DNA of 64,000 bases, taken from an uncultured Acidobacteriota bacterium. Lineage in GTDB: Bacteria > Acidobacteriota > Vicinamibacteria > Vicinamibacterales > UBA2999. Position 1 is the stretch's first letter. The number at the start of each line of letters is the position of its first letter. Below, one piece after another: positions 19,972-31,072 of this stretch. The stretch lies in contig CAVSWX010000009.1 of assembly GCA_963731785.1 (NCBI GenBank), positions 49,449-113,448 on the forward strand. Direction: 5' to 3'. The position numbers were made by a program, and so were the translations under genes. The notes beneath the pieces were generated by a model. The model searched no databases. It saw only the letters and a program-made list of their open reading frames with translations, and was not told where the DNA came from.

Positions 19972-22362
19972 ATGCCGATCAGTTCCCCCGTGAAGGTCCG
20001 TGTCGCCACCGTCCTGATCCTCGCGTTCTTCGCCACGCCGCTTGCGCCGCTCGTGGCCCAGGCGCCTGCCACCACCAAACCGGCGCCTGCCACGGCCAAA
20101 CCGGCCACGACCACCGCCAAACCGGCGGCTGCCGCCGCCGCGGCTCCCGCGTCCGACGGCGGGTGGCCGCGAGCGTACACGACGGCGAGCGGAGCGGCCC
20201 TGGCCCTCTACCAGCCACAGGTGTCGAGCTGGGCAGACCAGAAACGGATCGTCGCGTATGCCGCCGTGTCCCACGCGCCGAAGGGTGCGAAGCCGGCCCT
20301 CGGCACCCTCAAGCTGGAATCCGACACCAGCGTCGCCCTCGACCAGCGGCTCGTGAATTTCTCGGAGTTCACGATCACCGAATCCAACTTCCCGACGGTG
20401 CCGCGTGAGCAGGTCAAGACGATCGTCTCGGAAATCACGGCGGCGATACCGCGCGAGGAGCGCGTGATCGCGCTCGATCGGGTGCTGGCCAACATCGACA
20501 CGAGCGCGATCATCCCGAAGAACGTCGAGGGCGTGAAGGCGGATCCGCCGCCGATCTTCTTCAGCAAGACGCCGGCTGTGCTGGTCAACATCGACGGTGA
20601 GCCGATCTGGCAACCGATCCCTCAGAACGACCTGGTTTCGGCGGTCAACACCAACTGGGATCTGTTCCAGCACAATCCGACGAAGACGTTCTACCTGCGC
20701 AACGAGACCGTGTGGCTGAAGGCCACCGACCTGAAGGGACCGTGGACGCCGGCCGGCAAGCTCCCGGAGAGCTTCGCGAAGCTGCCCAACGACGAAAACT
20801 GGAAGGACGTGAAGTCCAGTCTCCCCGGCCGGACGATCAACGCCAACCAGGTGCCGCAGGTGTTCGTCAGCCTGGTGCCGGCGGAGATGATCCTGCTGAA
20901 GGGCGACCCGACCTATCTGGCGGTGCAGGGCGCGAACCCGCTGGTGTGGGTCAGCAACACCGAGAGCGACATCTTCCGCATGGGCGCGACCGGGCCCGTC
21001 TACTTCCTGGTCGCGGGCCGGTGGTTCACGTCACGCGATTTCGCCGGCCCCTGGACGTTCGCCACGTTGAATCTGCCCGAGGCGTTCAAGCAGATTCCGC
21101 TCGAACACGAGCGCTCGCGCGTGCTCGCGTCGGTGCCGGGCACGCGAGAGGCGGCCGAAGCCGTCGTGCTCGCGCAGATTCCGCAGACGGCACGTGTCAG
21201 CAAGACGCTGCAGGCGCCCGAAGTCGTGTACAACGGGACGCCGGAGTTTCAGCCGATCGAGATGACGACCGTCCAGCGTGCGGTCAATACCGACAAGGAC
21301 ATCATCAAGGTCGGCGACCTCTACTACATGTGCTTCCAGGGCGTCTGGTTCATGTCGAAGTCGCCCACTGGCCCATGGCAGGTCACCGGCGAAGTGCCGA
21401 AGCAGATCTACGAGATTCCGGTCAGCTCTCCGGCGCACTCCGTCACCTACATCACGGTCGAGGACGACGACGACGACGAAATCCTCTTCGCGACGGCGCT
21501 GGCGGCCACCGGCGTGATGGTGGCGTGGGGCTGCGCCGTGTGGGGCACCGGCTATTACTACCCGCCGTACTACGGCGGCGGGATGTACTACCCGTTCTAT
21601 CCGACCTACGGGTTCGGCGCCTCCTACAATCCGTGGACCGGCGCCTACACGCGCGGAGCGGTGGCCTACGGTCCGTACGGAGGCGCGGGCGTCGCCCAGC
21701 GCTACAACCCCCGAACCGGCACCTACTCGCGTGCCGCCGTCGCCCACGGCCCGTACGGTTCGCGCGGCGCCGCGTCGGCCTACAACCCGAGGACCGGCAC
21801 GGGCGCCGCAACCCGGCAGGGGTCGAACGTCTACGGGAGCTGGGGCACGACCGGCGTCCGGCGCGGCGACGATTGGGCGGCCACCTCACGCTACACGAGC
21901 AACGTCACCGGCAACACCACGCGCGTCACCCGGACGAGCGACGGCGACGTCTATGCTGGCCGTGACGGCAACGTCTACCGCAAGGACGGCGACGGCGGCT
22001 TGCAGAAGTACGACAACGGCGGCTGGGGCGACGTCGTCGCGACGCCCGAGCAGCGCCAGCAGGCGCAGGATCGGGCGGCGCAATCCGGTGCGCAAACGCG
22101 CGACCGCGCCACGACCTCTCAAATGGATTCGGCGACGCGCACCCAGGTCGATCGCGATGCCGCCGCTCGCGCCGAGGGCGCACAGCGCACGCGCGATTCG
22201 GGCCAGATGCGGAGCGGGAGCGGCAGCACGTCGTCGAGGTCCGGCAGCTACCGCCCCAGCGGTGGCGGGGGCGTCCATCCGGCGGCGGCGGGCGGCGGCG
22301 CTGATCGACGCACGGCCGGCTTGCCCGGAATGTGCGCTCGGAATACTGGAGGTGACGGGTGA
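19972..22362 (+). CDS. large secreted protein of unknown function with Gly/Tyr-rich C-terminal repeats (YNPxTGxYxRxAVAxGPYG x3)
   Basis: Signal MPISSPVKVRVATVLILAFFATPLAPLVAQA, a Thr/Pro/Ala linker and a long conserved-looking body. C-terminal repeats and a Gln/Arg/Ser-rich tail. The last ~20 codons may be frameshifted (alternative stop at 22302-22304). Confidence 0.7.
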   Translation: MPISSPVKVRVATVLILAFFATPLAPLVAQAPATTKPAPATAKPATTTAKPAAAAAAAPASDGGWPRAYTTASGAALALYQPQVSSWADQKRIVAYAAVSHAPKGAKPALGTLKLESDTSVALDQRLVNFSEFTITESNFPTVPREQVKTIVSEITAAIPREERVIALDRVLANIDTSAIIPKNVEGVKADPPPIFFSKTPAVLVNIDGEPIWQPIPQNDLVSAVNTNWDLFQHNPTKTFYLRNETVWLKATDLKGPWTPAGKLPESFAKLPNDENWKDVKSSLPGRTINANQVPQVFVSLVPAEMILLKGDPTYLAVQGANPLVWVSNTESDIFRMGATGPVYFLVAGRWFTSRDFAGPWTFATLNLPEAFKQIPLEHERSRVLASVPGTREAAEAVVLAQIPQTARVSKTLQAPEVVYNGTPEFQPIEMTTVQRAVNTDKDIIKVGDLYYMCFQGVWFMSKSPTGPWQVTGEVPKQIYEIPVSSPAHSVTYITVEDDDDDEILFATALAATGVMVAWGCAVWGTGYYYPPYYGGGMYYPFYPTYGFGASYNPWTGAYTRGAVAYGPYGGAGVAQRYNPRTGTYSRAAVAHGPYGSRGAASAYNPRTGTGAATRQGSNVYGSWGTTGVRRGDDWAATSRYTSNVTGNTTRVTRTSDGDVYAGRDGNVYRKDGDGGLQKYDNGGWGDVVATPEQRQQAQDRAAQSGAQTRDRATTSQMDSATRTQVDRDAAARAEGAQRTRDSGQMRSGSGSTSSRSGSYRPSGGGGVHPAAAGGGADRRTAGLPGMCARNTGGDG

Positions 22363-23164
22363 GAACGACAACGACGACACGGAAACAGCAGCACTCTCCA
22401 TCGCCGCCGCCGCGCGCTGGTCGTACTCGCGGCGATTGCGACCGCAAGCATGGCCGCGGCCGCGTGCTCCGCACCTGAGTCTCAGCCTGCGGCCGAGGCT
22501 CCCGCCGCTGAGGCGGCTGCGCCTGGTGAGCCATCGGCGAGCGCGCCGCCCGCGGAGGAGGCCGCGTCCGGCGCCGCCTGCGCCCGCGGCGCAGCCCGCC
22601 GCCCCGCCCGCGGCCGCTCCACCGCCCGCACCTCCTCCACCACCAAAGCCCAGGGTCGCCACGCTCGGCGCCGGCCAGGTGATCACGATCAGAACCACCC
22701 GCGAGCTCTCGACCAAGACGGTGGAGACCGGAGCGCCGTTTTCGGCGGTTCTGGAAGAGCCGATCAGGTCCGGCGACTGGACCATCGCAGCCGCGGGCGC
22801 CAAGGTCGACGGCCGCGTGGTCGAGGCCGACAAGGGCGGCCGGGTCAAAGGAAAAGCCAGCCTCTCGATCGAGCTCACCGCTCTGACGCTCGCCGATGGC
22901 ACCAAGATCGAGCTCGTCACGTCGCCGATCAGCAACGAGGCCGCGGCGAACAAGGGCAAGAACGCCGCAAAGGTCGGGATTGCCGCAGGCACCGGCGCGG
23001 CGATCGGGGCGATTGCCGGTGGCGGACAAGGCGCGGCGATCGGCGCCGTCGCCGGGGGCGCCGTGGGCACGTTGGCGCGGGGCGAGTCCGCCGAAATTCC
23101 CGCTGAATCGGTCATCGGGTTCGAGCTTCGCTCGCCGGTCACGATCCAGGAACAGAAGCGATAA
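22359..23164 (+). CDS. lipoprotein with a C-terminal glycine-zipper region; about two frame breaks (near 22400 and 22570)
   Basis: GGAGG SD plus a GTG at 22359 overlapping the upstream TGA. Lipoprotein signal RRRRALVVLAAIATASMAAAAC lies in a second frame. The body ..VATLGAGQVITIRTTRELSTK..AAGTGAAIGAIAGGGQGAAIGAVAGGAVG.. lies in the frame of ORF 21731..23164. Confidence 0.55.
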
Positions 23165-23170
23165 CGTGCG

Positions 23171-23200
23171 GCCGGCCCGCGGGGTACCGCGCGGGCCGGC
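23171..23200. terminator. GC-rich hairpin between convergent genes (bidirectional terminator candidate)
   Basis: GCCGGCCCGCG (23171-23181) pairs with CGCGGGCCGGC (23190-23200): an 11-bp perfect stem and 8-nt loop. No U-tract. Confidence 0.45.
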
Positions 23201-23212
23201 GCAGCCGAGCCG

Positions 23213-23868
23213 TTACCGGATGACGATCGCGGCGCCCAGCGACCAGAAGTTGGCGATCACGTTCTCGTTGTTCACCCCGCCGCTCACGAAGTCGCCGAGC
23301 GCGGCCATGTGCTGGGCGCCGAACAGCTCAAAGCCCACACGCTTGCTGCGCCAGAACGCCCACCCCGCACCGTAGGTCAGTCCCAGCGCCTTCGACGTGA
23401 TCGGCGGCACCGAATCGGCCGCGTCGAAGGTGAAGTTGCGGACGAAGGCCATCCCCATGCCGCCCCGCAGAAAGAAGCCGTTGGACGCCATCGGCCTGAA
23501 TTGCCCCGTGGCCAGGAGAAAGGTCACACGGATGTCATCGCCGGCTGGGTCGAGGCCGGGACCCACGACACTTCGAGCCCCGCGTCCGCCTGAGGGTTCA
23601 CGCGGACGCCGGCGACCGCGAGCACGCTCCCGGTATGCAGGTAGGCGCCGGTGCCGTGCGCGGGACAGCCTTCCTGACAATCGCCTCGCAGGGTCGTCGT
23701 CGTGCCGCCGACGACGATCCACGTGCGAGATCGATCGGCCGCGGACGCGGTGTCGGCGGCCGGCTGCGCCGCCGACGGGGACGCCGATGAGGATGCCTGC
23801 GCGCCGGCCGGAACAGGCGTGAGGCACGCCAGCGCGACCAGGCCGGCCGCGAGCCCACGCAGGCTCAT
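23213..23868 (-). CDS. small outer-membrane beta-barrel protein; frame break near 23550
   Basis: Signal MSLRGLAAGLVALACLTPVPAGAQA. The C-terminal half (..FGAQHMAALGDFVSGGVNNENVIANFWSLGAAIVIR) is in ORF 23213..23827. The ATG overlaps the upstream stop (ATGA), with GGAGG SD. Confidence 0.65.
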
Positions 23869-25460
23869 GAGAACCTCCATGTCATAAACAGGCGCACCTG
23901 GGGAAAGTGGAATTTCTGTGTCGGGTTGGCGGTCTGGGAAAAGTAGGTCCGGCGATCGAAGTACTCGCCGGCGAACCCGACGCCCAGCGGTCCTTTCAAC
24001 GGTACCAGCAGGTCCAGCCGCAATTGCTGCAGGAAGTGGTTGGCCCTCACGCCGTCGAGGCTGTAGAGGTGATGCGTCTCGTACAGGAAATCGACGATCG
24101 GGCGGCCATCGTTCGCCAGGATGGCGCGGGCGCCAAAATCGGTCCCCGGGCCGTAGTCGTAACAGCGCGGGCCCTCCGATACACCCTGGCCCGCCCCGTC
24201 GCCGTCCGGCGGCGTCTCTGGTGCGCACACGTCGTCACCCTCGAGCGGAATCGAATCGACGGCGCCGAGCGCGGTCAGACCGCCCCACCCGTTGACCCAG
24301 AACGAGAGACCGTCGGACAGGCTGCCGAACGTAACGGCCACGTTCCCATTGAACGCCTGCGCGCCGAACTGGTAGACGTTGTTCTTGGCGAAGTCGTACG
24401 CCTGCGTCACGTTGAACTGGATGCGGTTGTTGTGAAAGGGCTGGCCGATGAGGCGGCCTCGTACCTTCGCTTCACTCAGGCCGCCGCCGCCGCCGAAGCG
24501 AAGCAGCACGGTGAAGTCGTCGTACGGCGTCCGGCTGCGGCCGACCCTGGGATCGCCATACAGCATGTTCATCTCGAGAAAGGCGTTGTTATCCCCCTCG
24601 AACGCGTTGGTGTTCGAGCCTCGCGAGAGCACGCCGAGCGAGCCGATGGCCTGGAGCGCCGACGGGACCATCTCCGGCGGCTTCTCGGAGATGCGGGAGG
24701 CGTCACCGGACAGGAACCGCTTGAGGCCCGTGATCGGATCGATGGCCATGGCCCCGACCTCCTTCCACAGGCGGGGCTTTCCGGTAAGGCGCGGGTCGCG
24801 CACGAGCCAGGCGGCGCGATGGAACATCTCGCCGAGCGCAATGCCGCCGAGCGTCGTGTTGATCAGGTCGTTCACCGAGGCATGGTTGGTTTCGCCGTAG
24901 TACTCCCACGTGGCGCTCCCAAATGCCGTGATGCCCGCCGATTCCCAGAAGCTCAGGCCGTTGGCTCGCCCGGCGTTGAAGTAGTTGTTGCCCTGGTACG
25001 GGTGCCCGATCTGGTTGACCCCAAAGTCGTCGAGGTCCCACACCCACCCCTGCTCCATGTTGGCCCACCACGACTTCGGGGTAATGTGCGCCGTCACCTG
25101 GCCGCGCGCGAGATTGGCGAGCTCATAGAAGACGTTGACGATCGTCGTGTCGAAGAAGGCGCGGCCCACGCTCCGCGGGGGGCAGCCGTCGCAGGCGCGG
25201 CGCTCCACCGAGAGCACGGTCGGGGCTGCCGGGGCTTGGCCGCCCGCCGCCTCGGGGGCCCCACCGGCGAAATCGAAGGCGAACAGCGTTCGCGCCCCCG
25301 CGGACACCGCTTCGCTGGGCCACAGCGGCGGCTGCTCTTCGCTGGGCCACGCCGGCGGCTGTTCGGCCGGCACGGCAAGTGCGGTCTGAGCGCTCGCCGG
25401 GCGAGCCGTCGCCGCGACAGCCAGGCAGGCCAGGAAAAGGAACACGGGAGACCGGACCAT
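23865..25460 (-). CDS. DUF3943-like outer-membrane protein
   Basis: Signal MVRSPVFLFLACLAVAATARPASAQ. Conserved stretch NQIGHPYQGNNYFNAGRANG. C-terminal beta-signal-like ...VRLFMTWRFS. Family assignment is from memory of the motif. Confidence 0.6.
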   Translation of the reverse strand: MVRSPVFLFLACLAVAATARPASAQTALAVPAEQPPAWPSEEQPPLWPSEAVSAGARTLFAFDFAGGAPEAAGGQAPAAPTVLSVERRACDGCPPRSVGRAFFDTTIVNVFYELANLARGQVTAHITPKSWWANMEQGWVWDLDDFGVNQIGHPYQGNNYFNAGRANGLSFWESAGITAFGSATWEYYGETNHASVNDLINTTLGGIALGEMFHRAAWLVRDPRLTGKPRLWKEVGAMAIDPITGLKRFLSGDASRISEKPPEMVPSALQAIGSLGVLSRGSNTNAFEGDNNAFLEMNMLYGDPRVGRSRTPYDDFTVLLRFGGGGGLSEAKVRGRLIGQPFHNNRIQFNVTQAYDFAKNNVYQFGAQAFNGNVAVTFGSLSDGLSFWVNGWGGLTALGAVDSIPLEGDDVCAPETPPDGDGAGQGVSEGPRCYDYGPGTDFGARAILANDGRPIVDFLYETHHLYSLDGVRANHFLQQLRLDLLVPLKGPLGVGFAGEYFDRRTYFSQTANPTQKFHFPQVRLFMTWRFS

Positions 25461-25628
25461 GAGACAGCTCTCTCCTTTTCGCGACTCGCTCCAGCGAGCC
25501 GTCACCCTATGGCGGACAAATCACCGCCGGTTGTGACCTTCCGATCGGTACTCCGTCGTTTGCGGGCACGAACGGGGGCCTGGTCCCGTGTTCGTAGCAA
25601 ATCTGTGACCGTCTCGCCGGCAGCCCGG

Positions 25629-25644
25629 CGGCCCGATCGTTGCT
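25629..25644 (+). promoter_or_regulatory. weaker sigma-54-like element upstream of the GH63-like gene
   Basis: cGGCCCgatcgTTGCT has correct GG-N10-GC spacing. It lies 35 nt before the GTG at 25678, with GACGGAGG SD. Confidence 0.3.
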
Positions 25645-25677
25645 CTCTGCCGTATCCGAGTTTCGACGGAGGCCAGA

Positions 25678-28411
25678 GTGAGCGCGAGACCAGACGTCGT
25701 CGAGCAGAAGCGGTTGAACGACGCACGGGAGGCGGGGGTGCCCTGGAAGAAATGGGGGCCGTACCTCAGCGAGCGGCAGTGGGGCACCGTTCGCGAAGAC
25801 TACAGCGACAACGGCGACGCGTGGAACTACTTCACCCACGATCAGGCGCGGTCGCGCGCTTACCGGTGGGGCGAGGACGGACTCGGGGGCCTGTCCGACG
25901 ACAAGCAGCAACTGTGCTTCGCCCTGGCGTTGTGGAACGAGCGGGACCCGATCCTGAAAGAGCGCCTGTTCGGGCTCACGAACAACGAGGCGAACCACGG
26001 CGAAGACGTGAAGGAGTACTACTTCTACGTCGACAGCACGCCCACGCACTCGTACATGAAGTATCTGTACAAGTACCCGCAGCGGGAGTATCCCTACCGG
26101 GACCTGGTCGACACGAACCGGAACCGATCGCGGAACGAGCTCGAATACGAGCTGCTCGATACCGGCGTCTTCGACGAGGACCGCTATTTCGACGTGTTCG
26201 TGGAATACGCGAAGGCCGGCCCGGAGGATGTGCTCGTCCGCATCACGGTGCACAATCGCGGGCCGGAAGCGGCCAGGCTGCGCGTCCTGCCGACGCTCTG
26301 GTTCCGCAATACCTGGTCGTGGGACGCGGATCAGCCCAGGCCCTCGCTCCGCGAGGTGCGACCCGGCGTCATTCAGGCCACGCATCCCCAGCTGGGCGAG
26401 TACTGGCTGTCGTGCGATGGCGCACCGGAGCTGCTCTTCACCGAGAACGAGAGCAACGCATCGCTGCTCTGGGATCAGCCCAACCCGTCTCCCTACGTGA
26501 AGGACGCGTTCCATGAGTACGTCGTCGGGGGCCGCCACGACGCGGTCAACCCCGCGAAGGTCGGGACCAAGGCGGCGGCCCATTACGCCCTCGACGTGCC
26601 CGCTGGCGGCAGCAAGACCGTCAGTCTGCGCCTCGAGAGCGCGGCGGCTGCGAAGGCCGTCAACGACGCCGCGACCGGCGATGCCTTCCGCGGGTTCGAG
26701 CGGATCCTCGAGAGCCGCATCGCGGATGCGGACGAGTTCTACGAGCGGATCGCGCCGCAGTCGCTGAACGACGACGAGCGGCGCGTGCACCGCCAGGCGC
26801 TGGCGGGCATGCTCTGGAGCAAGCAGTACCTACTACTTCGACCTCGAGCGCTGGCTGCGCGACCAGAAGAGCCATCCGCTGGTCGATGCCCCCCGGTCCG
26901 GCGTGCGGAACCGCGAGTGGTTTCACATGCTCAACGCCGACGTGATCTCCATGCCGGACAAGTGGGAGTACCCGTGGTACGCGGCGTGGGACCTCGCCTT
27001 TCACACCCTCTCGCTGGCGCTGGTGGATTTCGACTTCGCCAAGGAGCAGCTGCTGCTGATGCTGCGGAGCCTCTATGCCCATCCCAACGGGCAGATCCCG
27101 GCCTACGAGTGGAACTTCAGCGACGTCAATCCGCCCGTGCACGCCTGGGCGACGCTGCGCCTGTACAAGATGGAACGGAACCTCGGGCGGGCAGACCTCC
27201 GTTTCCTGGAACGGTCGTTTCACGGCCTGATGCTGAACTTCAACTGGTGGGTGAACCGGAAGGATCCGGCGGGACGCAACGTGTTCGCCGGCGGGTTTCT
27301 CGGGCTCGACAACATCGGCGTGTTCGACCGCAGCGCGCCGCTGCCGACGGGCGGCTCGCTGGAGCAGGCGGACGGGACGGCGTGGATGGCGTTCTACTGC
27401 CAGAACATGCTCGAGATCGCCCTCATCCTGGCCGAGCCGACGACACCTACGACGAGGCCGCCTTCAAGTTCGTCCAGCACTTCATGTGGATCGCCTACGC
27501 GATGGACCGCCGGGGCGAGAATCACGACGAGATGTGGGACGAGCAGGACGGGTTCTTCTACGACCTGCTGCGGTTGCCCGACGGGCAGGCGATGCGCCTG
27601 AAGATCCGGTCGATGGTGGGACTGTTGCCGCTGTGCGCCTCGACGGTGCTGGACGCCGGCGTCGGACAGCGGCACCCGAAGCTGATGGAGATGGTCGCCC
27701 AGTTCCGCGACCGCCATCCCGAGCTGCTGGAGCAGGTCGCTCCGACCGACGAGGGGTTCGTCGGCTACAAGGGACGGCGGCTGCTCTCGATTCTCAACAA
27801 GCGCAAATTGGAGCGGGTGCTCGCCTACCTGCTCGACGAGAACGAGTTCCTCGGGCCGCACGGCATCCGCGCGCTGTCGCGCCACCATCTCGACCATCCG
27901 TTCGTGTTTCACGTCGGTGGTCAGGAGCTCAAGGTCCAGTACCTGCCCGGCGAGTCGGATACCGGCATGTTCGGCGGCAACTCCAACTGGCGGGGTCCGG
28001 TGTGGATGCCGGTCAACGTGCTCCTGATCCGCGCGCTCTTGAACCTCTACATGTTCTACGGGACCGAATTCACGGTGGAATGTCCGACCGGGTCCGGGCA
28101 GCACATGACCCTGTTCGAGGTGGCCAAGGAGATCTCACGCCGGCTGGCGAGCACGTTCCTGCGTGACGCGAACGGCCGGCGGCCGGTCTACGGAGGCACG
28201 GCGAAGTTCCAGGAGGATCCGCACTGGCGCGATCTGATCCTCTTCTACGAATACTTTCACGGCGACAACGGCGCCGGGCTCGGCGCCAGCCATCAGACGG
28301 GGTGGAGCGGGACGGTGGCGACCCTCCTCGACCTGTTCGGGCGCGTCGAGGCCAAGGATGTGGAGCTCGAAGGCGATCGAGATCGCCGCGGCCCTGCTGA
28401 CGCGGAAGTAG
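25678..28411 (+). CDS. GH63-like glucosidase ((alpha/alpha)6-barrel glycoside hydrolase); three frame breaks (near 26830, 27437, 28370)
   Basis: [42 protein letters not shown]. The middle part ([31 protein letters not shown]..) is in ORF 26903..27601. It returns to the first frame at ..[11 protein letters not shown]... A plausible true tail [13 protein letters not shown] ends at 28411. Confidence 0.75.
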
Positions 28412-28429
28412 GTCACGGCTTCCGCGCGC

Positions 28430-30029
28430 TCACCCCTTCGCCAGCTGCGGGGCTTCCATGGGAACGAAGGAAGGGGCGACGAAGGAAGGGGCGACGGACG
28501 CGCCGGCAGCTTCGAGGATGTCCATGACGCCGAGCAGGAGGTGCTTCCTGAATGGCCAGAAACGCCGGCTGCTGGTGCTCGAGCACGTAGGCGAAGATCT
28601 CCAGGTCCAGCGACGCCGTGCTGAATCGGATCAACCGGGCACGGGATGACGTGGGGTCCACCCGCGGATGCCCGTCGAGCAGGGCGCGGATCTGCTCCAG
28701 CACGAGGCGCATCTGTTCCGCCGTCGTCTGTCGTCCCAGTGCGATGGTGTGGTGAAACAGGAACCGGTCGCGCGGGGCAAAGTTCTCCAGGCTCATCGCC
28801 GACAGGAGACCGTTGGGCACCGACACCACCGTTCGATTGAGCGTCCGGATCCGGGTCGAACGAATGCCGATGTCTTCGACCGTGCCCATGAACTCGCCCG
28901 CCCTGCAGAAGTCGCCGACGTTGACCGGCTTGTCCGAGATCACCATGATGCCGCCGAACAGGTTCTCGATGGTTTTCTGGGCGCCGAAGCCGATGGCGAT
29001 GCCGCCGACGCCCAGACCGGTGAGCGCGGCCGTCAGGTCGACATCCGCGAGATAGAGGAACATCAGCGCCGCCATGATCAGCGCCGTCGCCTTCAGGAGG
29101 CGGCTGATCAAGCGCACCAGCGCCGTGTCGGCCGAGCGATCCGCGCGTTCCAGACGACGCAGGCTCAGCCCCGCCACCAGATCCAGCAGGCGCACGGTGA
29201 GCCAGCACAGCGCCACGATCATCAGGGTGCCGGCCACCCGTTGCCAGAAGTTCCGCGTCGCCAGGCTGAGACCCCAGAACGACATGCTGTAGAAGAAGAC
29301 GGCGAGGACGAGCAAGCGCAGAGGCGCCACCCCCACCGGCTTGGGGTCGGTTTCGCGCGTGAAGCGGCGCAAGGCCGGACGGGCGACGCGGCTCAGCGCA
29401 CGAGTCGACAGCGTGGCGCCCGCGAACATCAAGGGGAGGAGGACCAGCAGGACGATCCACCGGTACAGAGGCAGGGACCACAACTGAATGGTCAGCAGCC
29501 GCTCCGGCACGTATCGTTCGATCCACGGCGGCTGGACTTCGTCGAAGAGCCGCGGGACCTCCCGCAGCGTGCTGGCAGAGATCAACCAGATCGGATCGCC
29601 CCGACCTCGTTGCACCCGGTCCAGGAACACGTCGACGCCGCCGGACTCGCCCTCGACGGTGCCCATGCGGTCGCGGTTGGTGAGCCCGTCGTCGAGATCT
29701 CCGTCCGGCCGGCTACTGAGGCGACTGGCGCCGACGAGCCTCCGGTCGAGCACGACCCACAGCTTGCGGGCCAGCTCGCTGCGCTCTGAGAGCGCGAGCC
29801 TGGAGTCGAGGTATTCGGCGGCGCGATCGAAGTTGCCCTGTTCAGCCGCGCGAATCAGGCCGGCGGCGGCTCCGTCCGGCGTACTGCGTCCCAAGGGATC
29901 CTCGGCCGGCGGTTTCTCGCCCGGCGACGGCGTTTGCGGCCGTCCGAGCCCCGGCAACTGAGCTTCGACCCGGTGCGCCAGCAACAGCACGCTGAGCAGA
30001 AGGAGAGACGTCTGGATCGTCTTCTTCAT
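28430..30029 (-). CDS. mechanosensitive ion channel (MscS family) with a large N-terminal periplasmic/TM extension; frame break near 28543
   Basis: GVGGIAIGFGAQKTIENLFGGIMVISDKPVNVGDF..GTVEDIGIRSTRIRTLNRTVVSVPN. Signal MKKTIQTSLLLLSVLLLAHRVEA. The tail reads LLLGVMDILEAAGASVAPSFVAPSFVPMEAPQLAKG* in another frame. Confidence 0.8.
28466..28495. repeat. perfect 15-bp tandem duplication (GAAGGAAGGGGCGAC x2)
   Basis: Read directly. On the minus strand it encodes APSFV-APSFV in the corrected MscS tail. Confidence 0.9.
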
Positions 30030-30110
30030 GGTTCGACCAGCCTGAGAGCCAGCGATGGCTTCCCTTCCGACCGGACGCATGGCGACGGCCACTCACGATG
30101 AGCGGAGTCG

Positions 30111-31014
30111 TCATTTGCCTGCCGTCAGCTCGACCCTGGCGGCCTCGAGACGCTTCCGGTCCTTGTCGGACACCTTCGGGAACGTCAGGCCGAGCCGTTC
30201 GATCGAGCGGGTGATGATGCCGGCCACGAGCGTCCGTGTCACCCATTTGTTGTCCGCGGGAATGACCCACCACGGCGCCTGCTTCGTGCTCGTGTGCTGG
30301 ATCATCTGCTCGAACGCGATCTGGTACTCCGACCAGTACTTCCGCTCTTCGAGATCGCTGACCGAGAACTTCCAGTGTTTCTCGGGGCGATCGAGCCGCT
30401 CCAGGAAACGCTCGCGCTGCACCTTTTTCGAGACGTTCAGCAGGAACTTCAGCACCAGCGTGCCGTTGCGCGCGAGGTGCCGCTCGAACGCGTTGATGTC
30501 GTCGTAGCGGCCCTGCCAGAACTTCTCGCCCCGATCCGCGCCTGGCAGCCGGCCGAGCAACTCCGGATGGACCCGGACGACGAGCACGTCTTCGTAGTAG
30601 GAACGGTTGAAGATGCCGATGCGACCGCGCTCCGGCAGCGCCTTCATGTAGCGCCAGAGGAAATTGTGATCGAGCTCTTCGCTCGACGGCTTCTTGAACG
30701 CGTAGATCTGGCAGCCCTGGGGATTGACCCCGGACATGACGTGCTTGATCGTGCCGTCCTTCCCGGCGGCATCGGACGCCTGCAGCACGATGAGGACCGA
30801 ATGCGTGTCGGACGCATAGAGCCGCTCCTGCGCCTTGGCGCAGATCGGCGACGTTCTGCTCGAGGAAAGCGGCCGCACGCGCCTTGAGCTCGTCCTTGGT
30901 CAGCTCCTGGAACTCGTCGTCGGCGGCCCAGCCCGGATCGTAATCGCGCAAGCGCACCCGGCCTTGACTCGGCACTTGGAACAGCTTTCGGACTTCCTTG
31001 AACGTCAGCGACAC
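30111..31014 (-). CDS. ppk2: polyphosphate kinase 2 family protein; frame break near 30838
   Basis: VLIVLQASDAAGKDGTIKHVMSGVNPQG, FLWRYMKALPERGRIGIFNRSYYE and WWVIPADNKW in ORF 30111..30878. The N-terminus MSLTFKEVRKLFQV.. is in ORF 29842..31014. Confidence 0.85.
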
Positions 31015-31056
31015 ACGGACTCCTGGACAGAGGGACAGCTACGCCACGATCCTCTC

Positions 31057-31072
31057 CGCAAAACCAGCGCCA
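31057..31072 (-). promoter_or_regulatory. sigma-54-type promoter upstream of ppk2 (and mscS)
   Basis: The minus strand reads TGGCGCtggttTTGCG. The -12 GC is 44 nt from the ATG at 31014, with an AGGAG SD in between. Confidence 0.55.

Noticed and set aside
21731-23164. 477-aa ORF as a single Arg/Pro-rich protein.
   Set aside because: Only the last ~190 codons look coding (the glycine-zipper lipoprotein body). The upstream two thirds overlap the 19972 gene out of frame.
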